Shown one piece after another: positions 30,895 through 41,174 of a DNA stretch of 64,000 bases. Numbering within the stretch: the first letter of the stretch is position 1; each line of letters opens with the position of its first letter. The notes beneath the pieces were generated by a model, which was not told the DNA's origin, did not search any database, and saw nothing but the letters and a program-made list of their open reading frames with translations. This stretch comes from an uncultured Methanosarcinaceae archaeon (GTDB lineage: Archaea > Halobacteriota > Methanosarcinia > Methanosarcinales > Methanosarcinaceae), in NCBI GenBank assembly GCA_963721455.1, contig CAVRJG010000015.1:1-64000 (forward strand), read 5' to 3'. A program made the position numbers and the translations under genes.

Positions 30895-31468
30895 TTTCCT
30901 CAAATACATACTTTATAAAAATCCTTTTTCTAAAAAAATACAGTGACAAATCTGCCAAGGCTATAAATTAAGGTTTTAATTTTTACTTCCTAACATGGTT
31001 CCTGAATCTTCTCGCTTTTATTGCTTCTCATATCTTCTATTTAGTATTGAAAAAGTGGTTTTCGCAAAATTTCTCTAATCCCACATCTCGATCCCCTATC
31101 ATTTTTTTCACTTTATCTGCAGATCCAATTATTCGGGAGAATTCAGGTAGAGAAAAAGGATCTTGAGTTAAATTCACAGGGAATTAAAGCTTCTTCGGCT
31201 AAGGATTTGTAACGAAATAACTTAGGCAATAGACAATTTAGTTAAAGTTAAATCAGCTATCTTGACCGTGAAAGTTATTTAATACATTCTTAAAAACTGC
31301 CGATGTTATTTCGCGGTGGGTCCTAAGTGAATGAACTCATGCCACAAAAAAGATCTAAAATAAGATCTGAGTTCTATTTTTGGATTTTTTGAACTCAGCT
31401 TTGCGGTGGATGGATGGGGTAATTACGGTTCTTGCAGGCCGTAACCCCAGTCCTGCTCCACTTAATGT

Positions 31469-33859
31469 TTATACATTTTGCACAGGCGCAAAACTATTTC
31501 CTGCATACGACGAAACTATCGGCCTGGGCAGGTCAATGTCCAGTGCCTCTTTCAAGACCTCCTCAATGGTCTCTACGGGCACGAATTTAAGTTCACTTCT
31601 GGCATCTTCAGGCACATCCTCCAGATCCCTTTCGTTTTCTTTTGGCAGGATTACCTTTTTTATGCCTGCTCTGTGTGCTGCCAGAATTTTCTCTTTTATG
31701 CCGCCCACAGGCAATACGGCACCGCTTAATGTGATCTCACCTGTCATGGCAATTTTCGGGTCAACCGCTTTGCCAATAATCAGGGATGTCAGAGCAGTAA
31801 AGAGTGTCACACCTGCTGAGGGTCCGTCCTTGGGTGTTGCACCTGAAGGCACGTGGATATGAATATCGCTTGAAGTAAAGTCAAAGCTGTTGGCAGTGTT
31901 TGCAAGCCGTGACCTGACAAGGCTCAAAGATATCTTTGCAGACTCTTTCATCACATCCCCAAGCTGGCCTGTAAGCGTAAGCTTTCCGGTACCTGGCATA
32001 AAGGTACCTTCGATGAAGAGAATATCTCCTCCTACAGGTGTCCATGCAAGTCCCGTGACCACACCGGGCACATTCTCTTTTCTGGCTTCTTCCTGCCTGA
32101 TCAGCTCTTTTCCGAGGACCTCTTTGAGCATATCCGCCTTCACCACATAAGGAAGGTCAGTCTTCCCTGACACGATCTTCTCGGATACGAACCTTGCAGT
32201 TTTTGCGAGCTGTTTTTTAAGTCCTCTGACTCCTGCTTCGCGGGTGTATTTCTCGATGATTACCTTTAAGGCATCATCTTCAATTTTGAGTTTATCCTCG
32301 TCAAGGCCATGTTCTTCCAGTGTATAGGGCAGCAGATGGTCTCTGGCAATTGCGAACTTCTCATTCTTCGTATAGCCCGAGATCTCAATCATTTCCATTC
32401 TGTCAAGAAGCGGCCAGGAGATATTTGTCAGGGAGTTGGCAGTGGCTATGAACAATACATCAGACAGGTCATACGGGACTTCCAGATAGTGGTCTGAGAA
32501 TGTGCTGTTCTGTTCCGGGTCAAGGACTTCCAGAAGGGCACTTGCCGGATCTCCTGCGTAGGAAGATGAAAGCTTATCGACCTCGTCGAGGATAAACACC
32601 GGATTTTTCGTGCCTGCTTTTTTCATTCCCTGAATAATTCTTCCGGGCAGAGCACCTACGTATGTCCGCCGGTGTCCCCGAATCTCTGCTTCGTCTTTGA
32701 CACCCCCAAAGCTGACCCGGACATATTTCCTGCCAAGAGCATCTGCAATACTTTTTCCGAGGCTCGTTTTGCCGGTGCCGGGGGGCCCTGTTAAGAGCAG
32801 AATTGAGCCCTGCTTCTCCTGTTTCAATTTCATTACCGCCAGATGCTGGATTATTCTCTCCTTAACTTTTTCGAGTCCATTGTGATTGCTCTCAAGCACA
32901 CGGCGGGCTTCAGCAATATCGATGCTCTTTTTCTCTTCTGTTACCCAGGGAAGGTCGAGCAGGAGGTCCAGATAATTTCTGATAACGTGGCCCTCTGGAT
33001 TATGGTTGCCTCCGGTTTCGAGTTTTTTTAACTCTGACAGTGCCTTCTTTTTTACCTCATCAGGCATCTTCGAATTTTCAATTTTCTCCCTGTATCCGGC
33101 ATCGCCTGAAGCGGAATCCTCACCTTCATTAAGTTCTTCCTGAATTACCTTCAGTTGCTCGCGCAGCATTGCCTCTCTATGCGACTTGCTCATCTTATCG
33201 GTAACTTTCTTTGCCATCTCAATCTGGATATTGATATTATCTTTCTGCTTTGTCAGAATATGAAGAAACATAAGATACCGTTCACGAACAGAAACGATCT
33301 CCAGAAGGTTTTGCTTTTCTGCAAGTTTTACAGGTATGTACGGCATGACAAATCCCATTATCTGGTCAATGGAATCCATCTTATCAATTGGCCGGGTAAA
33401 CTGCTCAGAACCCTGAAACCGGCTGCTTATCTCATGAATTGTCTTTTTCATATTCGCCATTACTTCTGCCTGAGTATCGTCATCGAAATCCGGCAGATCA
33501 TAGACAGGCTTATATGCAGCATAGAACAGTTCGTCCTTCCGGTACAGAGAAACGGCCTCTACCCTTTCGATAGCCTTTGCAATGACAAGATATCCATCAT
33601 CAGCAGGCTGTATAAATGTCACCTTAAGCAGATTTCCTATTTTATACAAATCATCTTCTGATACTTCTGAGGGTTTTGTACCGCTCTTTACTGTCAGGCC
33701 GATAGCATTCACGAATTCGCCATTTTTCATCTCAGTTAATAGTATTTCTCCGGTGATTTTATCAGCCAGGAATTTTGTCCGGCTTTTCGGGTAAACCACG
33801 ATGTCAAAGAGTGGTATTACGATGCTCTCTTTATTCTCCTCAGTTTGTTTTGAATACAT
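31469..33859 (-). CDS. lon: ATP-dependent Lon protease (bacterial LonA type)
   Basis: GPPGTGKTS Walker A, ILDEVDK Walker B, PKDGPSAG catalytic Ser and GGIKEK motifs. ATG at 33859 is preferred over the TTG at 33874. Confidence 0.95.
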   Translation of the reverse strand: MYSKQTEENKESIVIPLFDIVVYPKSRTKFLADKITGEILLTEMKNGEFVNAIGLTVKSGTKPSEVSEDDLYKIGNLLKVTFIQPADDGYLVIAKAIERVEAVSLYRKDELFYAAYKPVYDLPDFDDDTQAEVMANMKKTIHEISSRFQGSEQFTRPIDKMDSIDQIMGFVMPYIPVKLAEKQNLLEIVSVRERYLMFLHILTKQKDNINIQIEMAKKVTDKMSKSHREAMLREQLKVIQEELNEGEDSASGDAGYREKIENSKMPDEVKKKALSELKKLETGGNHNPEGHVIRNYLDLLLDLPWVTEEKKSIDIAEARRVLESNHNGLEKVKERIIQHLAVMKLKQEKQGSILLLTGPPGTGKTSLGKSIADALGRKYVRVSFGGVKDEAEIRGHRRTYVGALPGRIIQGMKKAGTKNPVFILDEVDKLSSSYAGDPASALLEVLDPEQNSTFSDHYLEVPYDLSDVLFIATANSLTNISWPLLDRMEMIEISGYTKNEKFAIARDHLLPYTLEEHGLDEDKLKIEDDALKVIIEKYTREAGVRGLKKQLAKTARFVSEKIVSGKTDLPYVVKADMLKEVLGKELIRQEEARKENVPGVVTGLAWTPVGGDILFIEGTFMPGTGKLTLTGQLGDVMKESAKISLSLVRSRLANTANSFDFTSSDIHIHVPSGATPKDGPSAGVTLFTALTSLIIGKAVDPKIAMTGEITLSGAVLPVGGIKEKILAAHRAGIKKVILPKENERDLEDVPEDARSELKFVPVETIEEVLKEALDIDLPRPIVSSYAGNSFAPVQNV

Positions 33860-33891
33860 TGTCAATCGTCTCAATTATTATCGCAAATGTT

Positions 33892-33912
33892 TAGTTTAAA
33901 TTAACCTAACTA
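33892..33912. promoter_or_regulatory. Putative operator upstream of lon (TAGTTTAA-N5-CCTAACTA)
   Basis: 15/21 identity to the reverse complement of the palindrome at 34368-34388. Confidence 0.45.
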
Positions 33913-33930
33913 TCTCGGCGGACAAAAAAA

Positions 33931-34347
33931 TTATCTTATCTTTCCCAGTATTTTGATAAGTGTATCAATCTCTTTTTCGTCCAGTGAATTCGCCATTCTT
34001 TCAATAACTTTCATCAAAGCGTTCTCTTCGGCACGGGCTATCATCTGCCCTTTCTCTGTCAGACGAATGTAAAAAATTCTGCCATCTGCCGGGGACTTTT
34101 CTCTGTAAACACATTCCATTTTAGCAAATTTGTTGACCATCTCAGTGATCGTAGGTTTTGAATTTCTGGTGATTTTAGCAAGCCTGCTAAATGTTACTTC
34201 CCCATGTTCATCAATGGCTTTTAAGTATCCGATCTGCTTCAGGGTAATATCCGATAATCCGCATTCAGAGGAAATCTGACAGGAGCATTCGCTTTTGATT
34301 TTGATCAGCTTTTCAAAAACTATGAACAAATGCTCTTTTTTCTCCAT
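33931..34347 (-). CDS. MarR-family transcriptional regulator
   Basis: SKPTITEMVNK...DGRIFYIRLTEKG. Confidence 0.9.
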   Translation of the reverse strand: MEKKEHLFIVFEKLIKIKSECSCQISSECGLSDITLKQIGYLKAIDEHGEVTFSRLAKITRNSKPTITEMVNKFAKMECVYREKSPADGRIFYIRLTEKGQMIARAEENALMKVIERMANSLDEKEIDTLIKILGKIR

Positions 34348-34367
34348 CGTATCCTTATCCTGCCTGT

Positions 34368-34388
34368 TAGTTAGGCTTATCCTAATTA
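34368..34388. promoter_or_regulatory. Palindromic putative MarR operator TAGTTAGG-N5-CCTAATTA
   Basis: Near-perfect inverted repeat adjacent to the TATA box of marR. Confidence 0.55.
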
Positions 34389-34454
34389 TATAAGTTTCGG
34401 TTACTTCAGGTTTATTGACGTTTCACTCTCTCGTTTAAATAAAATTTGGGAAGA

Positions 34455-35039
34455 TCAATTTAAGCTAAAACTCAACTCTTTCCCATCACTCAATAAGCTC
34501 TTAATTACGGCATTTCCATATTTGTCAACAACAACTTTTACGTTGACTCCTTCTCTCCCGGTCCACTGTTGACTTTCTATCTCTATCCCCCTGCCTTCGG
34601 GGACAAAATAGCTCTCAATACCGTACTCAACTCTGAGTTCTTTAATGTGAGGTTCTTCTGTTATAATACCGGCTTCGTCTTCTTCCCAGTCGTGTATAAC
34701 ATCTTTTACCATGCCCTTGATGTAAAGCTCATCCTCCGGCGGAGTCCTGTATATTTTTTTAGGTACACCGTACCCGTCTTTCAGTTCCAGTGCCAGGTAT
34801 ATCCGGTCGTTATACTCAAAATAAGAATCCTCAGCCGGAATTTCTTCCAGATTCAGGGTACTTATCTCGTAATTAAGGGTCACGTAATCTCCCCTGAAAA
34901 GATCCCTTGGGTCTATGGGCACGGTTTTGAGCATGACCTCCGTACCGGTCCTGAGGGTATACTCCTTATATAAGATGAAACCCGAAAAGATCAGGAGCCA
35001 GAAGACAATAGTGAGATAAAGGATTTTCTTTTGATTCAT
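34455..35039 (-). CDS. GDYXXLXY-domain membrane-anchored protein
   Basis: PIDPRDLFRGDYVTLNY and YGIESYFVPEG motifs. Confidence 0.9.
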   Translation of the reverse strand: MNQKKILYLTIVFWLLIFSGFILYKEYTLRTGTEVMLKTVPIDPRDLFRGDYVTLNYEISTLNLEEIPAEDSYFEYNDRIYLALELKDGYGVPKKIYRTPPEDELYIKGMVKDVIHDWEEDEAGIITEEPHIKELRVEYGIESYFVPEGRGIEIESQQWTGREGVNVKVVVDKYGNAVIKSLLSDGKELSFSLN

Positions 35040-35106
35040 CCCCGAATTCCCCCTGCTCCTGAAAGAGCCGCATCTTCATAGCCCTGCAGTCTCAAATAGC
35101 TACTTT

Positions 35107-36258
35107 TCATTGTTCTCCCCCGGTAAACTGAGCCTTTAATTCCCTTCTTTTTCTTTCCAGTACCACGCTTATTATCAGCAGGACAAGCCCTCCCAGCATG
35201 AAAAAGAGCGACCTTGGAAGCAGTTCCCAGAAAAAGTCAAAATATCTCGCAAAAATCAGGAGAATAAACCAGAACATTGTGGTATTGACAATCCCTATAT
35301 CTTCGGTGCTGTACCCGGCATACAGGAGCATGGTCAAAAGTCCGAGGAAGACGATGTTGAAAATAATCATGTAAGTTTTTTCCGACGCTGGACTGTATAT
35401 TGTTGTGAGAGTGATTCCTGCCATCAACAACGCAATTATGGATATGCTCACGTCTGCATGAAAGCCTTTAAGCCTTTCCCGGAGCGGTTTTGGGAGCAGG
35501 ACTGCCAGGAAAAGGATTCCAAAGAATGCATAAACTACAGGAACTATTTTTTCAACTTTGTATTCCCCAAGTTCGAAGGTGTGTATAAATAGTGCAAGGA
35601 GTGCAGCCTGTAGCCCCATAAATTTAAACGTCGTCTCAGCATGTTTTACTTTTTCTACCAGCCCATGCAAAGCCCCGGTGAAATAGAGGGCAATGCCTGA
35701 TATGAGGTAGAGGTCCCAGGTGTTAATCAATTTATTGAGATCGGTCCTCTCCCCGTACAGAAGGCCAATCCAGAGGTAAAAAAGCAGAGAGCAAAGCCCG
35801 GCTATTGGAGCCGACCGATAGCCGTAGACCAGAGGAAAAACTCCCAGGGTCCATATCAGGACAAGGGTACTGTTATTGGCGTTGATGTTGTAGATCTGGG
35901 CAATTAAAAAGAGGCTGGCTCCAAAAAGCAGGGCTGATAGGAAAATCAGGGCAGAACCTACCCGGGGGTATTTCTGTTTCTCGTATTTTAAACGATAACC
36001 CGCATAATGTATGCCCACAGTAGTTCCTACAAGCAGCAGAACCTTGACAGTATCTCCAATTTTTTCCCAGTTGGACGCCACAAAGAGAATGGCACCAATC
36101 CCGATTAAAATCGCCCCGATTGTCGAAAAGGCAATGATCTGCTTTTTTGACCTGCGTTCCCTTTTATACTCTGCAAGATCTGCCCGCATTTTTTCTGCCT
36201 GGGCATGATCAATCGTGCCTTCATCCAGCCATTTCCGGATCAGGTCTTCATCAAGCAT
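35107..36258 (-). CDS. DUF2157-domain membrane protein
   Basis: W..EGTID..QA, GAILFVASNW and LIAQIYN motifs; usual partner of GDYXXLXY. Confidence 0.88.
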   Translation of the reverse strand: MLDEDLIRKWLDEGTIDHAQAEKMRADLAEYKRERRSKKQIIAFSTIGAILIGIGAILFVASNWEKIGDTVKVLLLVGTTVGIHYAGYRLKYEKQKYPRVGSALIFLSALLFGASLFLIAQIYNINANNSTLVLIWTLGVFPLVYGYRSAPIAGLCSLLFYLWIGLLYGERTDLNKLINTWDLYLISGIALYFTGALHGLVEKVKHAETTFKFMGLQAALLALFIHTFELGEYKVEKIVPVVYAFFGILFLAVLLPKPLRERLKGFHADVSISIIALLMAGITLTTIYSPASEKTYMIIFNIVFLGLLTMLLYAGYSTEDIGIVNTTMFWFILLIFARYFDFFWELLPRSLFFMLGGLVLLIISVVLERKRRELKAQFTGGEQ

Positions 36259-36356
36259 ATATAATTCTATAGGTATATCTTATATAAATTTTTTAGGCAT
36301 ATTAATTCCAGATGTTTTGCCCTTATTTGGAAACTTGTCGAATTGTTGTTCGTATT

Positions 36357-36446
36357 TAGTTTCATGCGTAACTATTATCTGTATTCAAATCTTACAGAGA
36401 GTCATCAGATTAGTTCCACATGTCAGATTAGTTCCACATGTGACTA
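36357..36446. promoter_or_regulatory. Two putative MarR operators (TAGTT-N8-(A/G)ACTA) plus an 18-bp duplication
   Basis: TAGTTTCATGCGTAACTA at 36357-36374 and TAGTTCCACATGTGACTA at 36429-36446; TCAGATTAGTTCCACATG x2. Confidence 0.5.
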
Positions 36447-36491
36447 TTTCATAAATAGTTTTTATTCCAAAACAACCTCAGCTTCATAAAA

Positions 36492-36974
36492 ATGGAAGAT
36501 AATATTATGGAAGACCCAAGGGAAATCTGCGGCCCGATCGCCCACATCTACAGGAGCCATCTAGCATATATGGCAAAGGAACTTGAAGCTTACCGGATTG
36601 GAAGCGGACAATTTGATTTTTTAATGGTTTTGTACCACAGAGACGGCATCTCTCAGGAAACCCTTGCAAAGACTCTGAAAGTAAGCAAAGCAACAAGCAC
36701 AAGGGCGATCCAGAGTCTGGAAAAAGAGGGATACGTGTACAGGCAAAGGGACAAAAATGACCTCCGGGCTTACAGGGTTTACCTGACTGAAAAAGGAACG
36801 GAAATCCGAGCTGTGGTTCTTGAAAAGTTGATTTCCTTTGTCGATGCTCTCCTTTCGGATTTCACCCCAGAAGAAAAAGAATATTTCAGGCAGCTGGTCC
36901 AGAAGGCTGCATTCAAACTCCTTGAACCCGGGTTTGAACCTCCTTGTTCTGACAGGCCGGATGACATGAAGTAA
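36492..36974 (+). CDS. MarR-family transcriptional regulator
   Basis: GISQETLAKTLKVSKATSTRAIQSLEKEGYV...DLRAYRVYLTEKG. Confidence 0.92.
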   Translation: MEDNIMEDPREICGPIAHIYRSHLAYMAKELEAYRIGSGQFDFLMVLYHRDGISQETLAKTLKVSKATSTRAIQSLEKEGYVYRQRDKNDLRAYRVYLTEKGTEIRAVVLEKLISFVDALLSDFTPEEKEYFRQLVQKAAFKLLEPGFEPPCSDRPDDMK

Positions 36975-36995
36975 AAATGAGAACGAGCACAAAAT

Positions 36996-38402
36996 ATGGA
37001 TGAAAAAAGTGAATTTCTGGGTACAGAGAATCTAAGGAAGCTCCTGTTTAAACTTTCAACTCCTGTGATCATCGGAATGTTGGTGCAGGCTCTCTATAAT
37101 GTTGTGGATACCCTTTTTGTAGGATGGGCCTATGGAGCGGAGAGTGTCCAGGCCATAGGTGGGCTTTCCATAGCCTTTCCAGTCCAGATGATAATTATGG
37201 CTTTTGGAATTGTTCTTGGGACAGGGGGCTCCTCCATTATCTCGCGTGCCCTTGGAGCACGAGAAAACGAAAGAGCTGAGAGGGTTCTTGGAAATGTATT
37301 TTCCTTGAGCCTGATCCTCAGCGTGCTTATTGCCATCCCCTGCCTTCTTTACCTTGACCCAATTCTTAAAGCGTTCGGTGCAACTCCTGGAGTCCTGCCA
37401 TATGCCAGGGAGTATCTTGAAGTTATAATTGCAGGAGGTATTGTCTTTGTTTTTGGAGTCTCGGTTCAGAATATCGTCAGGGCCGAAGGGAATGCCCGTC
37501 TTGCCATGAATACCATGCTGTTAGGAGGCGGCCTTAATATTCTCCTTGACCCGGTTCTTATCTTCGGTTTTGGGATGGGCGTGAAGGGGGCTGCAATTGC
37601 AACCGTGCTGTCTCAGGCAGTGGGTTCGGCCTGGCTTCTCCAATACTACCTTAAAGGAAAAGGATCTGTGCAATTTAAATCCAAAACGTTGAAACCAGCC
37701 CCTGAAATTATTAAGGAAATCGGGACCATAGGTCTCGGGTCTTTTGTGATGGAATGCTCGAGCAGTGTCATGATGATTTTCGTGTACAATGCACTTGCAA
37801 GCTATGGAGGAGATGTTGCAATTGCCGTTTTTGGTATAGTAATAAAAATTAATTCCTTCATCTTCCTCCCTCTCCTGGGTATGGCTTTTGGCCTACAGCC
37901 GATTGTCGGGTTTAACTACGGAGCAAAGCGATTTGGAAGGATAGTCGAAGCCGTAAAATTGTCTCTTGTAGCAACGACGACCTTTGGGCTTCTTGGCTTG
38001 CTTATCATTTCCCTCTTCAAAGAAAAACTTCTCGGATTTTTCAGTGCAGATCCAGAATATCTGGCAGTAGGGAAAAATGCTGTAATGATTATGGTTATAG
38101 GAACGCCTTTGATAGGTTTAAACGTGGTCACATCAACCCTATTTCAGGCCCTGGGGAAAGCCAGACCCGCTTTCCTTCTTTCCATCAGCCGGCAGCTCCT
38201 CTTCCTGATCCCTCTTGTTATCCTCCTTCCCCGTTTATACGGTCTATCTGGAGTTTGGGCGGCTTTCCCGATATCGGACTTTCTGGCGTTTATGCTTTCC
38301 GGATTGCTGCTTTTCAGGACATATGGGACTTTTAAAGAACGCACAGGTTCTTCAAAAATCGTTCCAGGGTCAGAAATGGCAGTTTCAAATAGGTTTGAGT
38401 GA
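36996..38402 (+). CDS. MATE-family efflux transporter
   Basis: LYNVVDTLFVG, RAEGNA, LNILLDPVLIF and GFNYGA motifs. Confidence 0.93.
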   Translation: MDEKSEFLGTENLRKLLFKLSTPVIIGMLVQALYNVVDTLFVGWAYGAESVQAIGGLSIAFPVQMIIMAFGIVLGTGGSSIISRALGARENERAERVLGNVFSLSLILSVLIAIPCLLYLDPILKAFGATPGVLPYAREYLEVIIAGGIVFVFGVSVQNIVRAEGNARLAMNTMLLGGGLNILLDPVLIFGFGMGVKGAAIATVLSQAVGSAWLLQYYLKGKGSVQFKSKTLKPAPEIIKEIGTIGLGSFVMECSSSVMMIFVYNALASYGGDVAIAVFGIVIKINSFIFLPLLGMAFGLQPIVGFNYGAKRFGRIVEAVKLSLVATTTFGLLGLLIISLFKEKLLGFFSADPEYLAVGKNAVMIMVIGTPLIGLNVVTSTLFQALGKARPAFLLSISRQLLFLIPLVILLPRLYGLSGVWAAFPISDFLAFMLSGLLLFRTYGTFKERTGSSKIVPGSEMAVSNRFE

Positions 38403-38568
38403 GATTCGGAATACAGGAAAAAGAGAACAGAAGATCTACTTCTTCATCCCTTTTCTTCTTCTCTCTTAGATTTCAGGTTTACAGAATAATCTTCAGAATC
38501 ATTGTTTCAAAAGCGGTTTGAACTTAAATTGCATACTTTTTCTATCAAGCAAATTCAGGTGGTATGAA

Positions 38569-38730
38569 ATGAACTGCAGCGAACTAAAGGAAGGGCAGGT
38601 TCTTGTCTGCGAGGGGTGCGGATTCGAACTTAAGGTAGCAAACGAATGTGGAGATGACAAATGCTCTACTGATGTCTGCTGTACCGGCAACATAACGTGT
38701 TGCGGAGAACCGATGAAATTAAAAAAATAA
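38569..38730 (+). CDS. 53-aa Cys-rich (desulforedoxin-like) metal-binding microprotein
   Basis: MNCSELKEGQVLVCEGCG...CCTGNITCCGEPM with 9 Cys; AGGTGG RBS-like motif upstream. Confidence 0.75.
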   Translation: MNCSELKEGQVLVCEGCGFELKVANECGDDKCSTDVCCTGNITCCGEPMKLKK

Positions 38731-38812
38731 GCCCGGTAAATTAACCGTATACATAAAAGAACAGGTCCGTGAAAGGGTGGAATAAAGATAAGCCCGGTAA
38801 AAGGTTTTTAAT

Positions 38813-39271
38813 TCAAAGCCTCTTTCTGGAGCCCTGGATCTCAAAAGCCTGTTTTTCTGCGGTCTTCTTTCCTTTTATTTTTTCAACAAAATTCCGGGTC
38901 AGCCGGATTGCTATATAAGAACTGAAGAACCAGACAGAAAGGGCGATTATGAGTGAAATGCCCCAGTTGTTAAGGTGCTCCATGCAAAAAATAGCAGTGA
39001 GCACACAAATAGTGCAGCCCAGCATTCCTGCGCTGGCACCGAGGGCAATGTCAGCAGCCTGCTCCGAGCTTCCAAAGTGTCCTGCCATTATCACGGCCGC
39101 TGCCATCACAGCCGGAAAAGCGGCAAAAATCCCTGCAAAGGATTTTGAGGGGATTAGCTGCAGCAGGATAAAACAGGCAGCAACAGCCATTCCCCCAAAG
39201 ATGAACCTGAGGCTGAGGTCCCGAAAATCAGCTTTAAAGGCGTCTATTTTCATTTTTAGCCTACCTTCCAT
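38813..39271 (-). CDS. DUF3147-like small membrane protein
   Basis: LRFIFGG and GIFAAFPAV motifs; paralog of the adjacent gene. Confidence 0.75.
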   Translation of the reverse strand: MEGRLKMKIDAFKADFRDLSLRFIFGGMAVAACFILLQLIPSKSFAGIFAAFPAVMAAAVIMAGHFGSSEQAADIALGASAGMLGCTICVLTAIFCMEHLNNWGISLIIALSVWFFSSYIAIRLTRNFVEKIKGKKTAEKQAFEIQGSRKRL

Positions 39272-39314
39272 TGATTTTAACCCTGAAGATTTTACCTGCT
39301 TTCACTGTTATTCC

Positions 39315-39677
39315 TTAGAACCCGAACCAGGTGAAATAGATTGTCGGCGCAATTATGATCCAGAGGAAAAGAGCATAAATCAGGCCTCTCTTCCACCCAT
39401 ATCTGAGAATCAGGTAGCTTGCTGCAAGGGCACAGAAGATATCAGCTACCATTCCCACAAGTGCACCTTTCGAAAGCTGTTCTGAGGCCAGAAGCAGTTC
39501 ATTGCCTTCATAATCCACACTCAGGCCCACAACTGCTGCCAGGTACACTGCAGGGAAAGCTGCAAAAATTCCTCCAAGCCTGCCTCCGAAACTCCTTGCA
39601 ACCAGTGTGGAAGCTACAACCGCGCTTCCTCCAAAAAGAAAGCGGAGGAGAACTGGAAATATATCAATACTGAGCAT
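39315..39677 (-). CDS. DUF3147-like small membrane protein
   Basis: LRFLFGG and GGIFAAFPAVY motifs. Confidence 0.78.
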   Translation of the reverse strand: MLSIDIFPVLLRFLFGGSAVVASTLVARSFGGRLGGIFAAFPAVYLAAVVGLSVDYEGNELLLASEQLSKGALVGMVADIFCALAASYLILRYGWKRGLIYALFLWIIIAPTIYFTWFGF

Positions 39678-39857
39678 TATATATGATCCCGCATGCTGGA
39701 ATGCCTCTAGTATATAGTAATATAACCCTTTTGTATACCTTTTTGGAGGAATTTTTTCTCTTTATTCCGGATCCGGCTTATCTGCTGCCACTGGCATACA
39801 GGTTTATCCCCTTTCACTGGAATAACTTTTCAGGCTGCCAGAGTAGCTATTATTTTC

Positions 39858-40790
39858 TTATTCGTGCCCGTACTTTTCCCTGATCTCGGATTCTTTGAAA
39901 ACCCTGAGCCCCAGTTTCTCAAGGACTTCGGAAATCCTGTTTCGGTCTTCACTTTTCATGGATTTCCGGTCAAAATAAGCAAAGTCAGCATTTGATTTCT
40001 CAGCAGCCTGCCTGATCAGAGCTTCATCCATAAATTCAAGCTGGTACTTGGGAAAGTTGTGCCCGAAAGAAATACCAGTTTCAAGCAAAAGCCCTGTCTG
40101 GCGCATGGCATAATGCCCGCCTCCGAAACCCAGGGCGACAGGTACTTTTTCAAGGGATACTGCAAGGATAGCTTTTGCAGCAACCTCGCCTGCTTCCTCG
40201 TCCTTCCACTGCGTTTCAGTGCTTCCTATTTCGGCATAAAGGGACGGGACTGAAAGTTCTGTAGGGCCGTGGTGTGTCACTTCGAGGGTAACATTGTACT
40301 TCAGGTTTTTTTGTTCAACCAGACTCTTCATCTCCGTCAGTATGGACTTCATTGCAGCAGGAGAAGAAACTGCAAGTGATCTCGGGCAGCCTCCAAGCCT
40401 TGCCTCGTCCAAAGGGTTTCCTGTGCAGTGCACAGTGAGGGAATTGATTTCCTCCTTACTCCTGTGTTTGGATGCGAAAATTATAAGGGAAGCTGGCAGC
40501 CCTGCGGCTTCAAGTTTCTTATCCAGCCCATCCTGGAAGACATGTATCTCTTCAATTTCGACAAGCCTGAATTTCCCGTCCGCTGATTCCCGGGCTGCAG
40601 AAAATCCGGAATTCCCAGGAAGTTCAAGGAGTTTCCATTCCCTACGACTCAAAAGGTGGGTTTTAATGTTCTGGCTGGCAAGGTCTGGGGCAGAACATAT
40701 GACCGTTATTTTCGGATCACTTTTTTCGGGACTTTTTCCTTCCCTATTGTTTAAGTTTTCTGGATTGCTTTCATCGCTCATTTTGATCAA
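39858..40790 (-). CDS. dtdA: D-aminoacyl-tRNA deacylase (archaeal DTD2)
   Basis: FASKHRS, LTVHCTGN, EVTHHGPT, EIGSTE and GFGGGHYA motifs. Confidence 0.92.
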   Translation of the reverse strand: MIKMSDESNPENLNNREGKSPEKSDPKITVICSAPDLASQNIKTHLLSRREWKLLELPGNSGFSAARESADGKFRLVEIEEIHVFQDGLDKKLEAAGLPASLIIFASKHRSKEEINSLTVHCTGNPLDEARLGGCPRSLAVSSPAAMKSILTEMKSLVEQKNLKYNVTLEVTHHGPTELSVPSLYAEIGSTETQWKDEEAGEVAAKAILAVSLEKVPVALGFGGGHYAMRQTGLLLETGISFGHNFPKYQLEFMDEALIRQAAEKSNADFAYFDRKSMKSEDRNRISEVLEKLGLRVFKESEIREKYGHE

Positions 40791-41174
40791 TCCGGGGTTT
40801 TATCGCTTTTGCCCTATAGATTTCGTTAAAATAGATAAAGCCAACCCAGCAGGTTGTCTTCTGGTTTGCAAAATTACTTAAAAACTTAAGGATCTCTTTA
40901 AATAGTTAAATTCCCGAATCGGAATAAATAACTGCGGAATAAACTGGACAACTGGAAATAGATAACTGGACCGGAATTTTAGAAGCCTATTCCTTAAAAG
41001 CAGATTGTAGAGTACTTCTGAAAAGCTTCAGAGCATGAAGTTATTTCTGAAAAGTCTTAAAAAGACATAAGGAAAAATCATTTGTACAGGGTCCTCTCCC
41101 TGAGGGGACGGGAACCCTGCATTTTTTCCGGTGGAAAAAAGAAAAAAGGTTTTATTAAAGTGCTGAAATTGGTA

